This document shows, piece by piece, positions 43,964 to 64,000 of a stretch of DNA of 64,000 nt. The stretch's first letter is position 1. Every line of letters starts with the position of its first letter. The notes under the pieces are model-generated. The model had not been told where the DNA came from. It saw only the letters and a list, made by a program, of their open reading frames with translations, and did not search any database. A program made the position numbers and the translations under genes. The stretch covers positions 62,001 through 126,000 of the forward strand of contig NIVC01001909.1 in assembly GCA_002269645.1 (NCBI GenBank), written 5' to 3'. This DNA comes from Macrostomum lignano (lineage: Eukaryota).

Positions 43964-44779
43964 TATAAATAACAGCTGGCTCATTCCATATAAGATGGAC
44001 ATATTTGGAAAATAGAAAAAAGTCAATATTTTTGCTTGCCATTGCCTAATTAGCCTATTTTTTTACCAAATGTTTATATTGTGCAATATATACAATCTAA
44101 GAATAAAGGAATGGTAAAATGTTGGATTAGTATGTTATCAATTGACAAAAAGTCATTTTTGTAAAAATTTGGACATTTTTCGAAGCAAAAGACATCATTA
44201 AGATTTTGTACCTTTTAAAAACAAATAGAAAGCTTTTGAAGGTTGAAACAAACTATAGATAAAAGTATAGTACTTGCATCATCAGATAAAAGCATTGGTG
44301 ACCAAATAATCTATTATATTTTTAATGTATTAGTACCTCAAAGTTACTGAATTGACAGAAAAAAATATGTTACGACCATAATGTTACGACCATAAGGCTG
44401 CCTTTTCTTTTGTATCTTTGTTGCCTTTTGAGTTTATATATTCTAATAAAATAGTATGATTTCTAAAGATGTTCTTAGTCAAATTTTAAAAATGTATTGC
44501 AAAATATCAAAAATGAAAAATGTTATAAGACTTTTACCTTTTAGTTTCTATATGTCAAAAATCCTGTCGTTACGACCATAAGTGTCATTTAAGGTTTAAT
44601 AGCATCTATACTAATGATGATATCTATATGAAACTCTATAAATATATTCTAGACAAAATAATCTTTCATTTAAAATATTGGTTTAGTATATTCTATTATT
44701 AGATTTAATTTTATAAGTAAAAAAAGTCTGTCATGTTACGACCATGCTTATATGGAATGAGCCAGCTTTGTTATTTATA
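43964..44779. mobile_element. Non-autonomous DNA transposon (MITE-like) with about 30-bp terminal inverted repeats
   Basis: TATAAATAACAGCTGGCTCATTCCATATAAG (43964-43994) is inverted at 44747-44779 (CTTATATGGAATGAGCCAGCTTTGTTATTTATA). The internal motif GTTACGACCAT occurs four times. Confidence 0.65.
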
Positions 44780-45204
44780 CAGTTAAAATCTTATGCAAGC
44801 ATATTAGTTTTATGCATTCACTATAAAAATAACCATTTCACTATTTATAAAGCCGTAACAATAACAACTGCCTACAAAAAATTATCATTTGACACAATGT
44901 ATCTGCTATCATGTATGTATGTGCCTTGGGGATATACCTTGATATATCCTGAAAAAGGGTAAGACCCATCATCCTTATTGTATGCTAGAAAATCCTGGCA
45001 TACATGTTGCCTTCCAAACTATAGGCTAGGTCCAACTTCCACTAGAAAAACTAGGCCCCCCCTAATAGTAAGTTAAAATTCTGTAAGCTATAGATTCCAT
45101 GTCAGTCAGGCTCATAGTTACTAAAATAACTAGATGGGCCACTCAGGCATATATAATTAGGCCTACTAAAACAGCTTTCTACTTTCAGTTCACCAAACTA
45201 CTTG

Positions 45205-45623
45205 AGGGTCATTTCACAAACCCTAATTTTCACAACATCGAAACCAGAACCTTTCATAAGACCTATATTGAAATCATAAACCCTAATTTTCACAACATCA
45301 AAAATAAGCAATGCAGCAGATTTCACAAGGCCTAAATTTCACAAGCCCTAAATTTCATAACACCTAAAAGGCATGCACAGAATTTCAAAAGCCCTAAATT
45401 TCACAAACCCTAAATATCACAACGTCAAAAATTAAATTTGCTTTTATTTTCAGAAGCTCTAAATTTCACAATGTCTAAAAGCACGTCTGAAAGATTGTAT
45501 CTCCATAATGTTTTAGGCATTGTGAAATTCAGTGCTTGTGAAATTTAGAGCTTGTGAAATTTAGAGCTTATGAAAGTTGGTGTCTTGCAACGTTGTGAAA
45601 TTTAGGGCTTGTGAAAGCGACCT
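45205..45623. mobile_element. Foldback-type MITE with 8-bp TSD
   Basis: Direct repeat ACTACTTG at 45197-45204 and 45624-45631. Imperfect TIRs AGGGTCATTTCACAA / AGGTCGCTTTCACAA. Arrays of CCCTAAATTTCACAA in the left arm are inverted in the right arm. Confidence 0.75.
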
Positions 45624-45815
45624 ACTACTTGCTGTCTGTCACCAAATAATAGCTTGCACCTCATAGACCTATCTGGGGAAATAGTAGTAGGCTCAATAAC
45701 ATTGTTATATCAATATAAGGCTCAAAGTTTCAACAGTCTAGCCTCCAACAATAGGCAATCTTCAAGTTTCATTCGTTAAATTATTTTTTCAATGATTTCT
45801 GAACTATCTTGCTCT

Positions 45816-46370
45816 CCACAGCCAGGAAGACGGTAGAATCCTCGGAATTTTCCGGCGCAAATCAGCAATTTGCCGGCGCACGGCGCACACTTCACTGCGC
45901 CGCGCGCATGGGCTCGGCGCATCGGCGCATGGCTCGGTGCATCGGTGCATGGCTCGGCGCATGGCGCACAAGGTACGTCAGTATACGTGACAATATAATA
46001 ATGAATAATAAAAAAACGTATATTAAATGTCAATCAATCAATAAAATAAACGATAGTCGATACGATGGTCGTTATTTCCAATGTTGTTTCTATTTCAAAT
46101 TTCATTAATCGACTTAACAAATTTGCGCCTTTTGCGGCTTTTGTTGCGTCTTTTTGCTTATATTTTGCAAATAGAAGCCATGATTGAACTGCTTGAACTT
46201 CCATTGATATTGATTCAATTTAGATACTTAATACTTGATGGTGCTTTTTCAAGTGTATTTTTCTCGGCGCATGGCGCACAAGTAATTTTTTTTTCTCGGC
46301 GCACGCGGCGCACAACAAAAATTTTGATGGATGTTATTCCGGCGCACACGCTGCACCTTCCTGACCATGG
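45816..46370. mobile_element. MITE-like element with 8-bp TSD and GGCGCA subterminal repeats
   Basis: Direct repeat CTTGCTCT at 45808-45815 and 46371-46378. TIRs CCACAGCCAGGAAG / CCATGGTCAGGAAG match at 11 of 14 positions. GGCGCA clusters lie near both ends. Confidence 0.7.
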
Positions 46371-46689
46371 CTTGCTCTGAGATGATTATTTTCGAGCTCT
46401 CCAGTGTACCCAGCCCTTTCCTAGTTGAGAAAGTAGCAGTTTTGTTAATATTATCTGTCTAATGTACCGTAAAGCCGTTGGTAGGCTGCGTAGCCGTAGG
46501 CAAAGGAATATCTATGGCCCATATTACGGTAACATAATGATGACGTGGCTTTCACTGACATGGCATTTTAGCAAAGAACGTCTATGGGGAATAAAGATGC
46601 TACTGTACATAGCTTTAGGAGTGGCATGGAGTAATATCATAAGCAGTTAATAGACAAGCAGCTAATACACTATAAGACTAATACACTAT

Positions 46690-47300
46690 GGCAGGATGAC
46701 CAGCGGCACCCACTTTTATTGTACCAGTAGCACAAGTGCAACCAGCTGCAGCTTTGTGTGACAAGTGACATCACCTTGACAATGCGAGAACTGGCTGTGA
46801 TTACGGCAACAACAAGGGATACCATGAATTGGATGGCCAAATACCATCTAATTGCCAACTAGCAAGTGTGTGCCAATTGTCCGGCCACTCAACTTCGGCT
46901 GCAGCTCCGTCAAGGTGACCACTTTATTGACGGCTATGCTTGGGCTTGCACCAACTGCCATGCCCTAGTTGCTATGCCCAACAGGACAGCTGCCACACTA
47001 CTGCCAATCATCCAGCAGTATGTGCTTCCTAGTACACGGATTATTACCGATGGCTGGCAGGCTTATGGCCAACTGCAGAACCATGTGGTGGTGAACCACC
47101 AATTGGCCTTTGTGAACCCTCTAGACCCAACTGTACATACAAACCTAATCAAGGGCACCTGGGCACATTGCAAGGCCAAGCTAAGGGCAATGCACGGTAC
47201 ATCACAGGCCCTGTTTGAAACCTACCTGGATGAGTTCATATGGCGCCGTCTGCACCCTGTCAATCCATTTGGGAACATCCTATACTGGATCGCACATTGA
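46690..47300 (+). mobile_element. Decayed Merlin (IS1595/ISXO2-like DDE) transposase
   Basis: CxxC...CxxC zinc ribbon followed by PNRTAATLLPIIQQYVLP, IITDGWQAY, VNHQLAFVNP, HTNLIKGTW and YLDEFIWRR. There is an in-frame TAG at about 46860, and the first catalytic-Asp region appears deleted. No convincing TIRs were found. Confidence 0.8.
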
Positions 47301-49049
47301 ACTCATTGAAAAAATAATTTAACGAACGAAACTTGAAGATTGCCCAACAACTTTATGCAGGACATGGTGATACTTCTAATGTAAGTATAATTTAATTACG
47401 ACACACAGGTTATAGGCCCTCCCTAGCTAATGTTAAAGTTAGAAAATCTAACAGTCTAACACTAACACTACTATCTATCTATTCTATAGCTACTCAGATT
47501 AATAGATTAATAGATTAATAGATCTTTAATACAGATTATAGATTAGATATAGATTATAGATTATTTAATATAGATTATTATACTGAGGCCTACGCATAGA
47601 AATGCTAGATATATCAGTTCGTACGCACTACTAAGAACTTAGTACTTAGTAACTCCGGCCCCAAACAATATCGAAAAATATATGCAAACGTCACAGTTCT
47701 GACAGACAGTTCTGACATGATCTAGTTTAAAAATCATGAGTGATACATTCCAAGAAACATTCTTTTGTTACAAAAAATATTCATGAATTTTACATAATTT
47801 AAAGAATATTTTTTAAAAACCTTTTCGAAAAAATTATGCGAAATAGAGTGCGGCTTTTAGCTTATTTGAAAATCGAAAATCTGTTTTACTGAATCACGGC
47901 TCGAAAATTAAAAGACTTTTTAATTATCGTCTGGCCAGGATGGATCGGCCCGATCGCACAATTTATATCATAAAGTTAAAAAATCACCTTTATTTATCTT
48001 CAACTTCTATTTATGCAAAAGTATATCAGGGACAACTAAAACACAATGTTTTAGAACATTGTTTACGTTTTAGAATGTTTAAACACAATGTTTTAGTTTG
48101 TCTGAGCATTTGTCTAACAAAAATTGCGAATTATGAATCTTTATATTTTCCCCAAAGTTAGTATCGAAGGCTATTTGAGTCTGTTCCTGATGTCTACGTG
48201 TTGATTCAGGGATAATAATCGCGGCTTACTTAGAATATACTGTACTTTAACTGCTACTTCAAAACTATTTGACGTCGCTTAAACTCTAGAATGCTCATTT
48301 CCATCTCCGTAAAAAAAACGCATATATTTCTCAGTCTCAAGTGTCCTGGGAGGGCATGATCTGCATTTTGAAGCATTGCGTGTACATGTAACAGTACAAC
48401 ATGTACATTATGCGTACATAACACAAGGACGACTATAACATAACATTGACATAACATTACATGTACTCCGATCTTACGTGCAAATTAAATGCACACTTGT
48501 GATGAACGCCACTAGTCGAAGGGAAACTATTTGAAAGAAATTTCGCGCCCAATTCACCACAGAGCCCTAGCGTCTTGCTGCTTGCAGATGTTCATGTAGT
48601 ACTCGCATCAATAATACAGTAATCAATGCAGTAAAATATAACTGCATCTTTTATTTAATGACTATCTGAGTCGTTTATTTTTAGTAGAGAAGCGAACGCA
48701 AAATTTCACCCACACTTTTCTGAGGGAGAACAAAAGAGAAAAAAGTACGCCAAATCTGACCACAATTGAATTTGACTATTCAAATACTCAGGTAAATACC
48801 CCACTGTACGAATTATGATGATAAAAATTAGGGTGCACTGCTCATTACGACAGTTTGCAAACACACAGTCATGAGTCTGTCGGTAATAAAACTCTAGCTT
48901 TATTGTCGCGAAGGAGCAATAGAAAAATGGCTGCAGAGTTACTAGCTACTCGACGCCAAATTAAAAATACGGTCTTGCAGTTTGGCGTCGTTAGCATTTA
49001 TACGCTCGTTTCTTCAACTTTTTTTTCGAAATGCTTTGGTTGTTTAGAG

Positions 49050-50550
49050 CCAGTACTAGCAATCAGCGCCCCCCGTTGGGGAGCCAAAAAAAATGCAGTA
49101 CAAGTTTTTTATAATAAACTACATGTAAGCATCTCTTTGCATTATACCTCAGCAACCGCTTGCAAGCCTTGACATGTTAGCAATTCCCCCCACCCCCCAC
49201 AAGCCTTGGCATATCAACCCCCCTTGACATCTCAGCAATGCCCCCATAAGCATTGAAATCTTAAAAAATCTGTCAACCTTCTAGCCCTAGCTCAACCCCT
49301 AGCCCTAGCCCTAACCCTAACCCTAGCCCTAACCCTAACCCTAACCTTAACCCTAACCTAACCCTAAAGCATTGATATTTCAGTAATTCTCTCCAACAGT
49401 CATTATAGCACTACAGCAATTATAGCGATTCCCTGCAAGCCTCGACATCGTAGGGATTCCCAAATGAATCTCTTAACTTCGACATGAAGCTTCTTTTATT
49501 TTTTACATTACGCTTTTTTTATCAGCGATCCCTCCCCTGAGGAGGCATCAAATAATGTAATAAAAAGTTTTCAATAAACTACATGTAGCTTCTGAATTTA
49601 GCCTTGACATCTTAGTTATTCCCCCGTAAGCCTTGACATGTCAGCGATGCCCCCCATAAACCTTGATATCTGAAAAATCCCCTGTTAACCTTGAAACCCG
49701 CTAAAATCTAACCCTCAACCCAAACCTGACCTAAACCTAACTTTAACCCAGCCTAAAGACTTGAAATCTCAGCAATTCTTCTCCCCTAAGCCTTGACAAT
49801 TTAGTAATTCCTTTTTCAAGAATCACAGCACTATAGCGATTCCCTCCAAGCCTTGACATCGTAGCAATTCCCAAATGAATCTCTTAACTTCGACATGAAG
49901 CTTCTTTTATTTTTTACATTACGCTTTTTTTATCAGCGATCCCTCCCCTGAGGAGGCATCAAATAATGTAATAAAAAGTTTTCAATAAACTACATGTAGC
50001 TTCTGAATTTAGCCTTGACATCTTAGTTATTCCCCCGTAAGCCTTGACATGTCAGCGATGCCCCCCATAAACCTTGATATCTGAAAAATCCCCTGTTAAC
50101 CTTGAAACCCGCTAAAATCTAACCCTCAACCCAAACCTGACCTAAACCTAACTTTAACCCAGCCTAAAGACTTGAAATCTCAGCAATTCTTCTCCCCTAA
50201 GCCTTGACAATTTAGTAATTCCTTTTTCAAGAATCACAGCACTATAGCGATTCCCTCCAAGCCTTGACATCGTAGCAATTCCCAAATGAATCTTTTAACT
50301 TCGACATGACTCTTCTTTTATGTATACATTGTGCTTCATTTCTTTTTTACATGACTCTTCTTCTATCAGTGCCCCCCGTGGGGAGTCAACAAAGAATGTA
50401 ATAAAAAATCGAGTAAACTACATGCAGCTCGTACTTTGAAGTAGCTTCTGACTTTCGCTTTGACATCTCAGAAACCCCCCCCCCCGTAATCTCAGTTATT
50501 CTCCGTGAGCCTTGACATCTCAGTAATTCTCCACAGCACAGCACAATAGC
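49050..50550. repeat. 411-bp tandem repeat: two near-identical units (49461-50282) with degenerate flanking units; includes a (CCCTAA)-like tract at 49281-49347
   Basis: CAAATGAATCT recurs at 49461, 49872 and 50283. Internal sub-repeat GCCTTGACAT. Confidence 0.88.
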
Positions 50551-51085
50551 TTCATTTAATTTTTACATGACACTTCTTTCATGTCTGACATGACGCGCAC
50601 AATAGCTTCATTTAATTTTTACATGACACTTCTTTCATGTCTGACATGACGCGCACAATAGCTTCATTTAATTTTTACATGACACTTCTTTCATGTCTGA
50701 CATGGCACTTCTTTTGATTTTTACATGACGCTTCTTTTATTCTTCCATGATGCTTCTATGATTTCTCAAATGACACTTCCATTAGTTTTTATATGAGACT
50801 CCTATGATCTTTTGATGATGCTTCTATGATTGTTTACATGACGCTTTTATGATTGTTTACATGACGCTTCTATGATTGTTTACATGACGCTTCTATGATT
50901 GTTTACATGACGCTTATTATGATTGTTTACATGACGCTTCTATGATTGTTTACATGACGCTTCTATGATTGTTTACATGACGCTTATTATGATTGTTTAC
51001 ATGACGCTTATTATGATTGTTTACATGACGCTTCTATAATTTTTTACATGACGCTTCTATGATTGTTTACGTGACGCTTCTATGT
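50541..51085. repeat. 56-bp x3 repeat (50541-50705) grading into a 23-bp array TTCTATGATTGTTTACATGACGC
   Basis: Both share TTTACATGAC. Confidence 0.88.
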
Positions 51086-51224
51086 ATAGAAGTCTATTTG
51101 TACTTATCTATCGTCCTACAGCATTTGACACAGTGCCTCCATAGCAATTAGCACTCGACACAGCATAGCTGAAGCAGACAGACAAGAGTAAGAGAATCTA
51201 ACACAGATGGGATTAAAGTAGCTG

Positions 51225-51902
<678 letters not shown>

Positions 51903-52771
51903 AATAGCTGACAATTTCTCCGCCTATATCTGGATATCAAAGCTCGTTAAAATCATATGCGGAAAGAATTTCAAGTCATGCAAAGGCTCATAGTTAATTC
52001 ACTCAGGTTAGACAATATGTCAGTTTTGTGCATTAAATGAACTATAATTACACAGTATCATGTCAAACGGACACAGTCGTATTGCAACTAAATACACATT
52101 ACATGATTTAGTGTTTCACATGGCTAAATTTCATTAAATTCGTGTAGCATGATTCTTTTTTTCAAACAAAATTTCGATTGAACCATCCTACAAGAGTCCT
52201 TTTGATGTGAGCATCTGAGCGCTATACATACGCATACGTGACTAAAGCTGTTTATGCCGATAGCTACCACAATAGGCAGAGATGGACAGAAAATGCACTG
52301 AGAAAGAGAGAGAGCCAGTTTACACAATAGGAGGGGGCCACGGCCTGCTTGCGGCTTGACAACTCCTCCCTCAAAATTTTTCTTCTTTTTTGGCCTGGCT
52401 TTTTTCCGCAGTTTTGTGCCGTTTCTTTGCCCTGACCTGCCCCCCCCCCAACTCGCCTCCTCCGTCCTGTCTTCTTCTCGCTACTAGCAAAGACTGCGCC
52501 CAATATATGAAGCTCAATTTTGGCCAATTCAATTCAAATTTAATTTTTCTCTGCCTCCACTGTCTCTTTGCCGAGGGCCAACCACCCACACCGTGGCTGG
52601 CGCTTCAACTACGAGTAGGATAACATTCAAGTGGTCAGAGACCTCTCTCAGATATATTAAAGTTTTTTTAGCAAGGCGAGCATCTGCCAGAGTGAAAGAA
52701 TTTGGTGCTGCTTCTGCTGTTGCAAAAACAATTGGCTCAGCTAAGTCATGTGGGCAAGCAGTTTACCGCAG

Positions 52772-61355
<8,584 letters not shown>

Positions 61356-61539
61356 GTAAGCTTGTATCAGTAAATAATAATTACAAACTATTCTTTAGTA
61401 ATATTAGAAAGTAAATATGAATGTATCAGACAGTTATGCCATTCAATTATTTATGGGAGCATGACATCTGGAGATCATTTATTAAAAAGTTTTTGTAACT
61501 GGGAATCAGCGTTATGGGATGAAAAATATGGTATGATTT

Positions 61540-62960
61540 TTTGGGATAATCAGAGCATCTGGGATAGTCATTTTTGGATCACCCAATGTGGGAAAATCAT
61601 TTCGGGATTATAGAATTTGTTAATATTCATTTTAGGATCTCAGAATTTGTGATAATCATTCGGGATCACATAGCATCTGGGATAATCATTTTGGGATCAC
61701 ATAGCATCTGGGATAAGCATTTTGGGATCATAGCATCTGGGAAAATCATTTGAATTTGGAATTTGGAATTTGGAATTTGGGATAAGCATTTTGGGATCAT
61801 AGCATCTGTAATAATCATTTTGGGATCATAGCATCTGGAATAATCATTTTGGGATCATAGCATCTGGAATAATCATTTTGGGATCATAGCATCTGGAATA
61901 AGTATTTTGGGATCACATAGCATCTGGAATAAGCATTTTGGGATCATAGCATCTGGAATAAGTATTTTGGGATCATAGCATCTGGAATAAGCATTTTGAG
62001 ATCACATAGCATCTGGGATAATCATTTTGAGATCACATAGCATATGGGATAAGCATTTTGGGATCATAGCATCTGGGATAATCCTTTTTGGGATCATAGC
62101 ATCTGGAATAAGCATTTTGGGATCACATAGCATCTGGGATAAGCATTTTGGGATCATAGCATCTGGAATAAGCATTTTGGGATCACATAGCATCTGGGAT
62201 AATCATTTTGGGATCACATAGCATCTGGGATAAGCATTTTGGGATCATAGCATCTGGAATAAGCATTTTGGGATCACATATCATCTGGGATAAGCATTTT
62301 GGGATCATAGCATCTGGAATAAGCATTTTGGGATCACATAGCATCTGGGATAAGCATTTTGGGATCATAGCATCTGGAATAAGCATTTTGGGATCACATA
62401 TCATCTGGGATAATCATTTTGGGATCACATAGCATCTGGGATAAGCATTTTGGGATCATAGCATCTGGGATAATCATTTTGGGATCACATAGCATCTGGG
62501 ATAGGGATTTTGGGATCATAGCATCTGGGATAATCATTTTTGGGATCATAGCATCTGGGATAATCATTTGAATTTGGAATTGGGAATTAGGAATTTGGGA
62601 TAAGCATTTTGGGATCAATGATTATCAGCATCTGGAATAATCATTTTGGGATCATAGTATCTGGAATAAGCATTTTGGGATCATAGCATCTGGGATAATC
62701 ATTTGAATTTGGAATTGGGAATTAGGAATTTGAGATAAGCATTTTGGGATCATAAAATTTTGGATAATCATTTTGGGATCAAAACATTTGGAATAATCAT
62801 TTTGGGATCATAGCATCTGGAATAAGCATCTTGGGATCATAGCATCTGGGATAAGCATTTTGGGATCATAGCATCTGGAATAAGCATTTTGGGATCATAG
62901 CATCTGGGATAATCATTTTGGGATCATAGCATCTGGAATAAGCATTTTGGGATCATAGCT
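61540..62960. repeat. 29/31-bp minisatellite GCATTTTGGGATCA(CA)TAGCATCTGGAATAA
   Basis: Direct reading. It ends at the LINE A tail. Confidence 0.93.
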
Positions 62961-63690
62961 TGACTTACTTGACTTAGCTGCAGGGTGGTCCGTAGACACA
63001 GCGGGGAGGCGAGGGTCGCCCATTCCGCTAGCCCCTGAAGGCCCGCAGACAGGCAGAGGCGTGGGGCCGGTCAGGGTGGTCCGCCAGTCCGTCCTGCAGC
63101 GTGATCTTCCGTTGGGAAGAAACTGGCTCGTCTAGTCGCCCGAAGGAACTGGATGAGCCGTGGGATGCTGTCGGGCTGGCAGACCTCGTCAATGGACGGG
63201 TTCGGCCCGAGGTAGCGTAGCCGGTCTCTGTTAAAGAAAGGGCAGTGACAGACAAAGTGCTGAGCATCTTCATTGTCGCACTCGCAAAAGGGGCAAATTT
63301 CGCTCTCGAGGTCGCCTCGGAGGAAGCAGTGCCTGGCGAGGTAGCCATGGCCGGTAAGGGTCATGACAAGGGCTCGAATATCCTTCCGATTCTGGTTCAG
63401 AAGGATGTTTCTGAGCCTGTGAGACGGGCAAGGAACCGCGGCACGAGATTGCCGGCAGTTTTGGGTGCCCGCCCATCTGTCCCTGTGGAGGGAGTCAGCC
63501 CAGTCGTCGATCTGACGATTGATGACTGTCAAGGGCATAGGGACCAGGGGGGCAGGGCCGAAGAAAGAGCCAGAGCCGCCCCTCTTGGCGAGGGTGTCTG
63601 CCAGCTCGTTCCCCGGAAACCCTGCGTGCCCTGGGATCCACTTCAGCCTGACAGTATTGCTTCTGGCCAGGAGGTTGAGCTGTTGTTGTT
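62961..63690 (-). mobile_element. Non-LTR retrotransposon 3' fragment A (RNase H C-terminal half plus CCHC finger; R1/LOA/I/Tad-type)
   Basis: Minus frame reads VRLKWIPGHAGFPGNELADTLAKRG (RNase H), then LTGHGYLARH and CPFCECDNEDAQHFVCHCP. Stop at 63071, short 3' UTR and a TAAG-like tail (CTAAGTCAAGTAAGTCA) near 62961-62977. Confidence 0.88.
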
Positions 63691-63691
63691 G

Positions 63692-64000
63692 TTAATTCCC
63701 GGCCGGGTTAATATCCGGGGGGCGGGTTTGCGCCCCTACCGCCTGGAGGAAGTGCAGTGCGCGCGGGCCGTCGTCGTGGAGGATGGCCAGCGTCGGGTTC
63801 TCGCCCAGAATTTGTCGTCTGGTCTCGGTCGTGGCGCGACATTCCAGGAGCAGGTGTTTGAGGTCCTCCGGGGCCTCCCCGCAGGCCGGGCAGGTGGCCT
63901 CCGGTTCCAGCCCGATGCGGTGCCGATACTGTCGGAGTATCGGGCAGTGGCCAGAGCGTAGTTGGGCTAGCAGGACTCTGTCCTTACGGTTCATGGAGGT
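63692..64000 (-). mobile_element. Non-LTR retrotransposon 3' end B (continues beyond the window)
   Basis: RVLLAQLRSGHCPILRQY...CPACGEAPEDLKHLLLEC is a typical C-terminal CCHC region of RNase H-bearing LINE ORF2. The TAA is followed immediately by (CAA)n. Confidence 0.82.

Noticed and set aside
46520-47420. Terminal inverted repeats for the Merlin relic (GGCCCATA / GGCCTATA)
   Set aside because: The match is too short and there is no TSD.
49281-49347. True telomere or chromosome fusion site
   Set aside because: The tract is short, degenerate, in a single orientation and embedded in a larger tandem repeat.
63245-63961. 238-aa plus-strand ORF
   Set aside because: It is the antisense frame of the GC-rich LINE fragments.

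Overview
Eukaryotic (metazoan) genomic DNA with GT-AG introns. The compact GC-rich exons separated by minisatellite-filled introns resemble a free-living flatworm such as Macrostomum, but that is inference and the species is unconfirmed. Reading frames and splice phases were checked by hand. Contents: (1) 0.9-19.5 kb, a head-to-tail cluster of four divergent plastin/fimbrin-like genes (+) with four CH domains, no EF-hands and a low-complexity insert in CH4; copy 2 lies in a near-identical ~6.1 kb tandem duplication and is frameshifted. (2) 20.9-26.5 kb, a 12-exon SLC37A1/2-like sugar-phosphate exchanger (+). (3) 28.6-30.3 kb, TFB1M (-). (4) 32.6-42.9 kb, a GOLGA3/golgin-160-like gene (-) directly upstream of TFB1M on the same strand, a possible trans-spliced operon. 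(5) 43-52 kb, an AT-rich spacer with three MITE-like elements, a decayed Merlin/IS1595-type transposase and a 411-bp tandem repeat. (6) 52.8 kb to the end, part of a tensin-like gene (+) reaching the start of its SH2 domain, with two abutting LINE 3' ends in the last intron. Two tRNA-derived SINE families occur in introns. Most introns carry their own micro/minisatellite, and most ORFs in the supplied track are translations of these arrays. No CRISPR, rRNA or bona fide tRNA gene was found.
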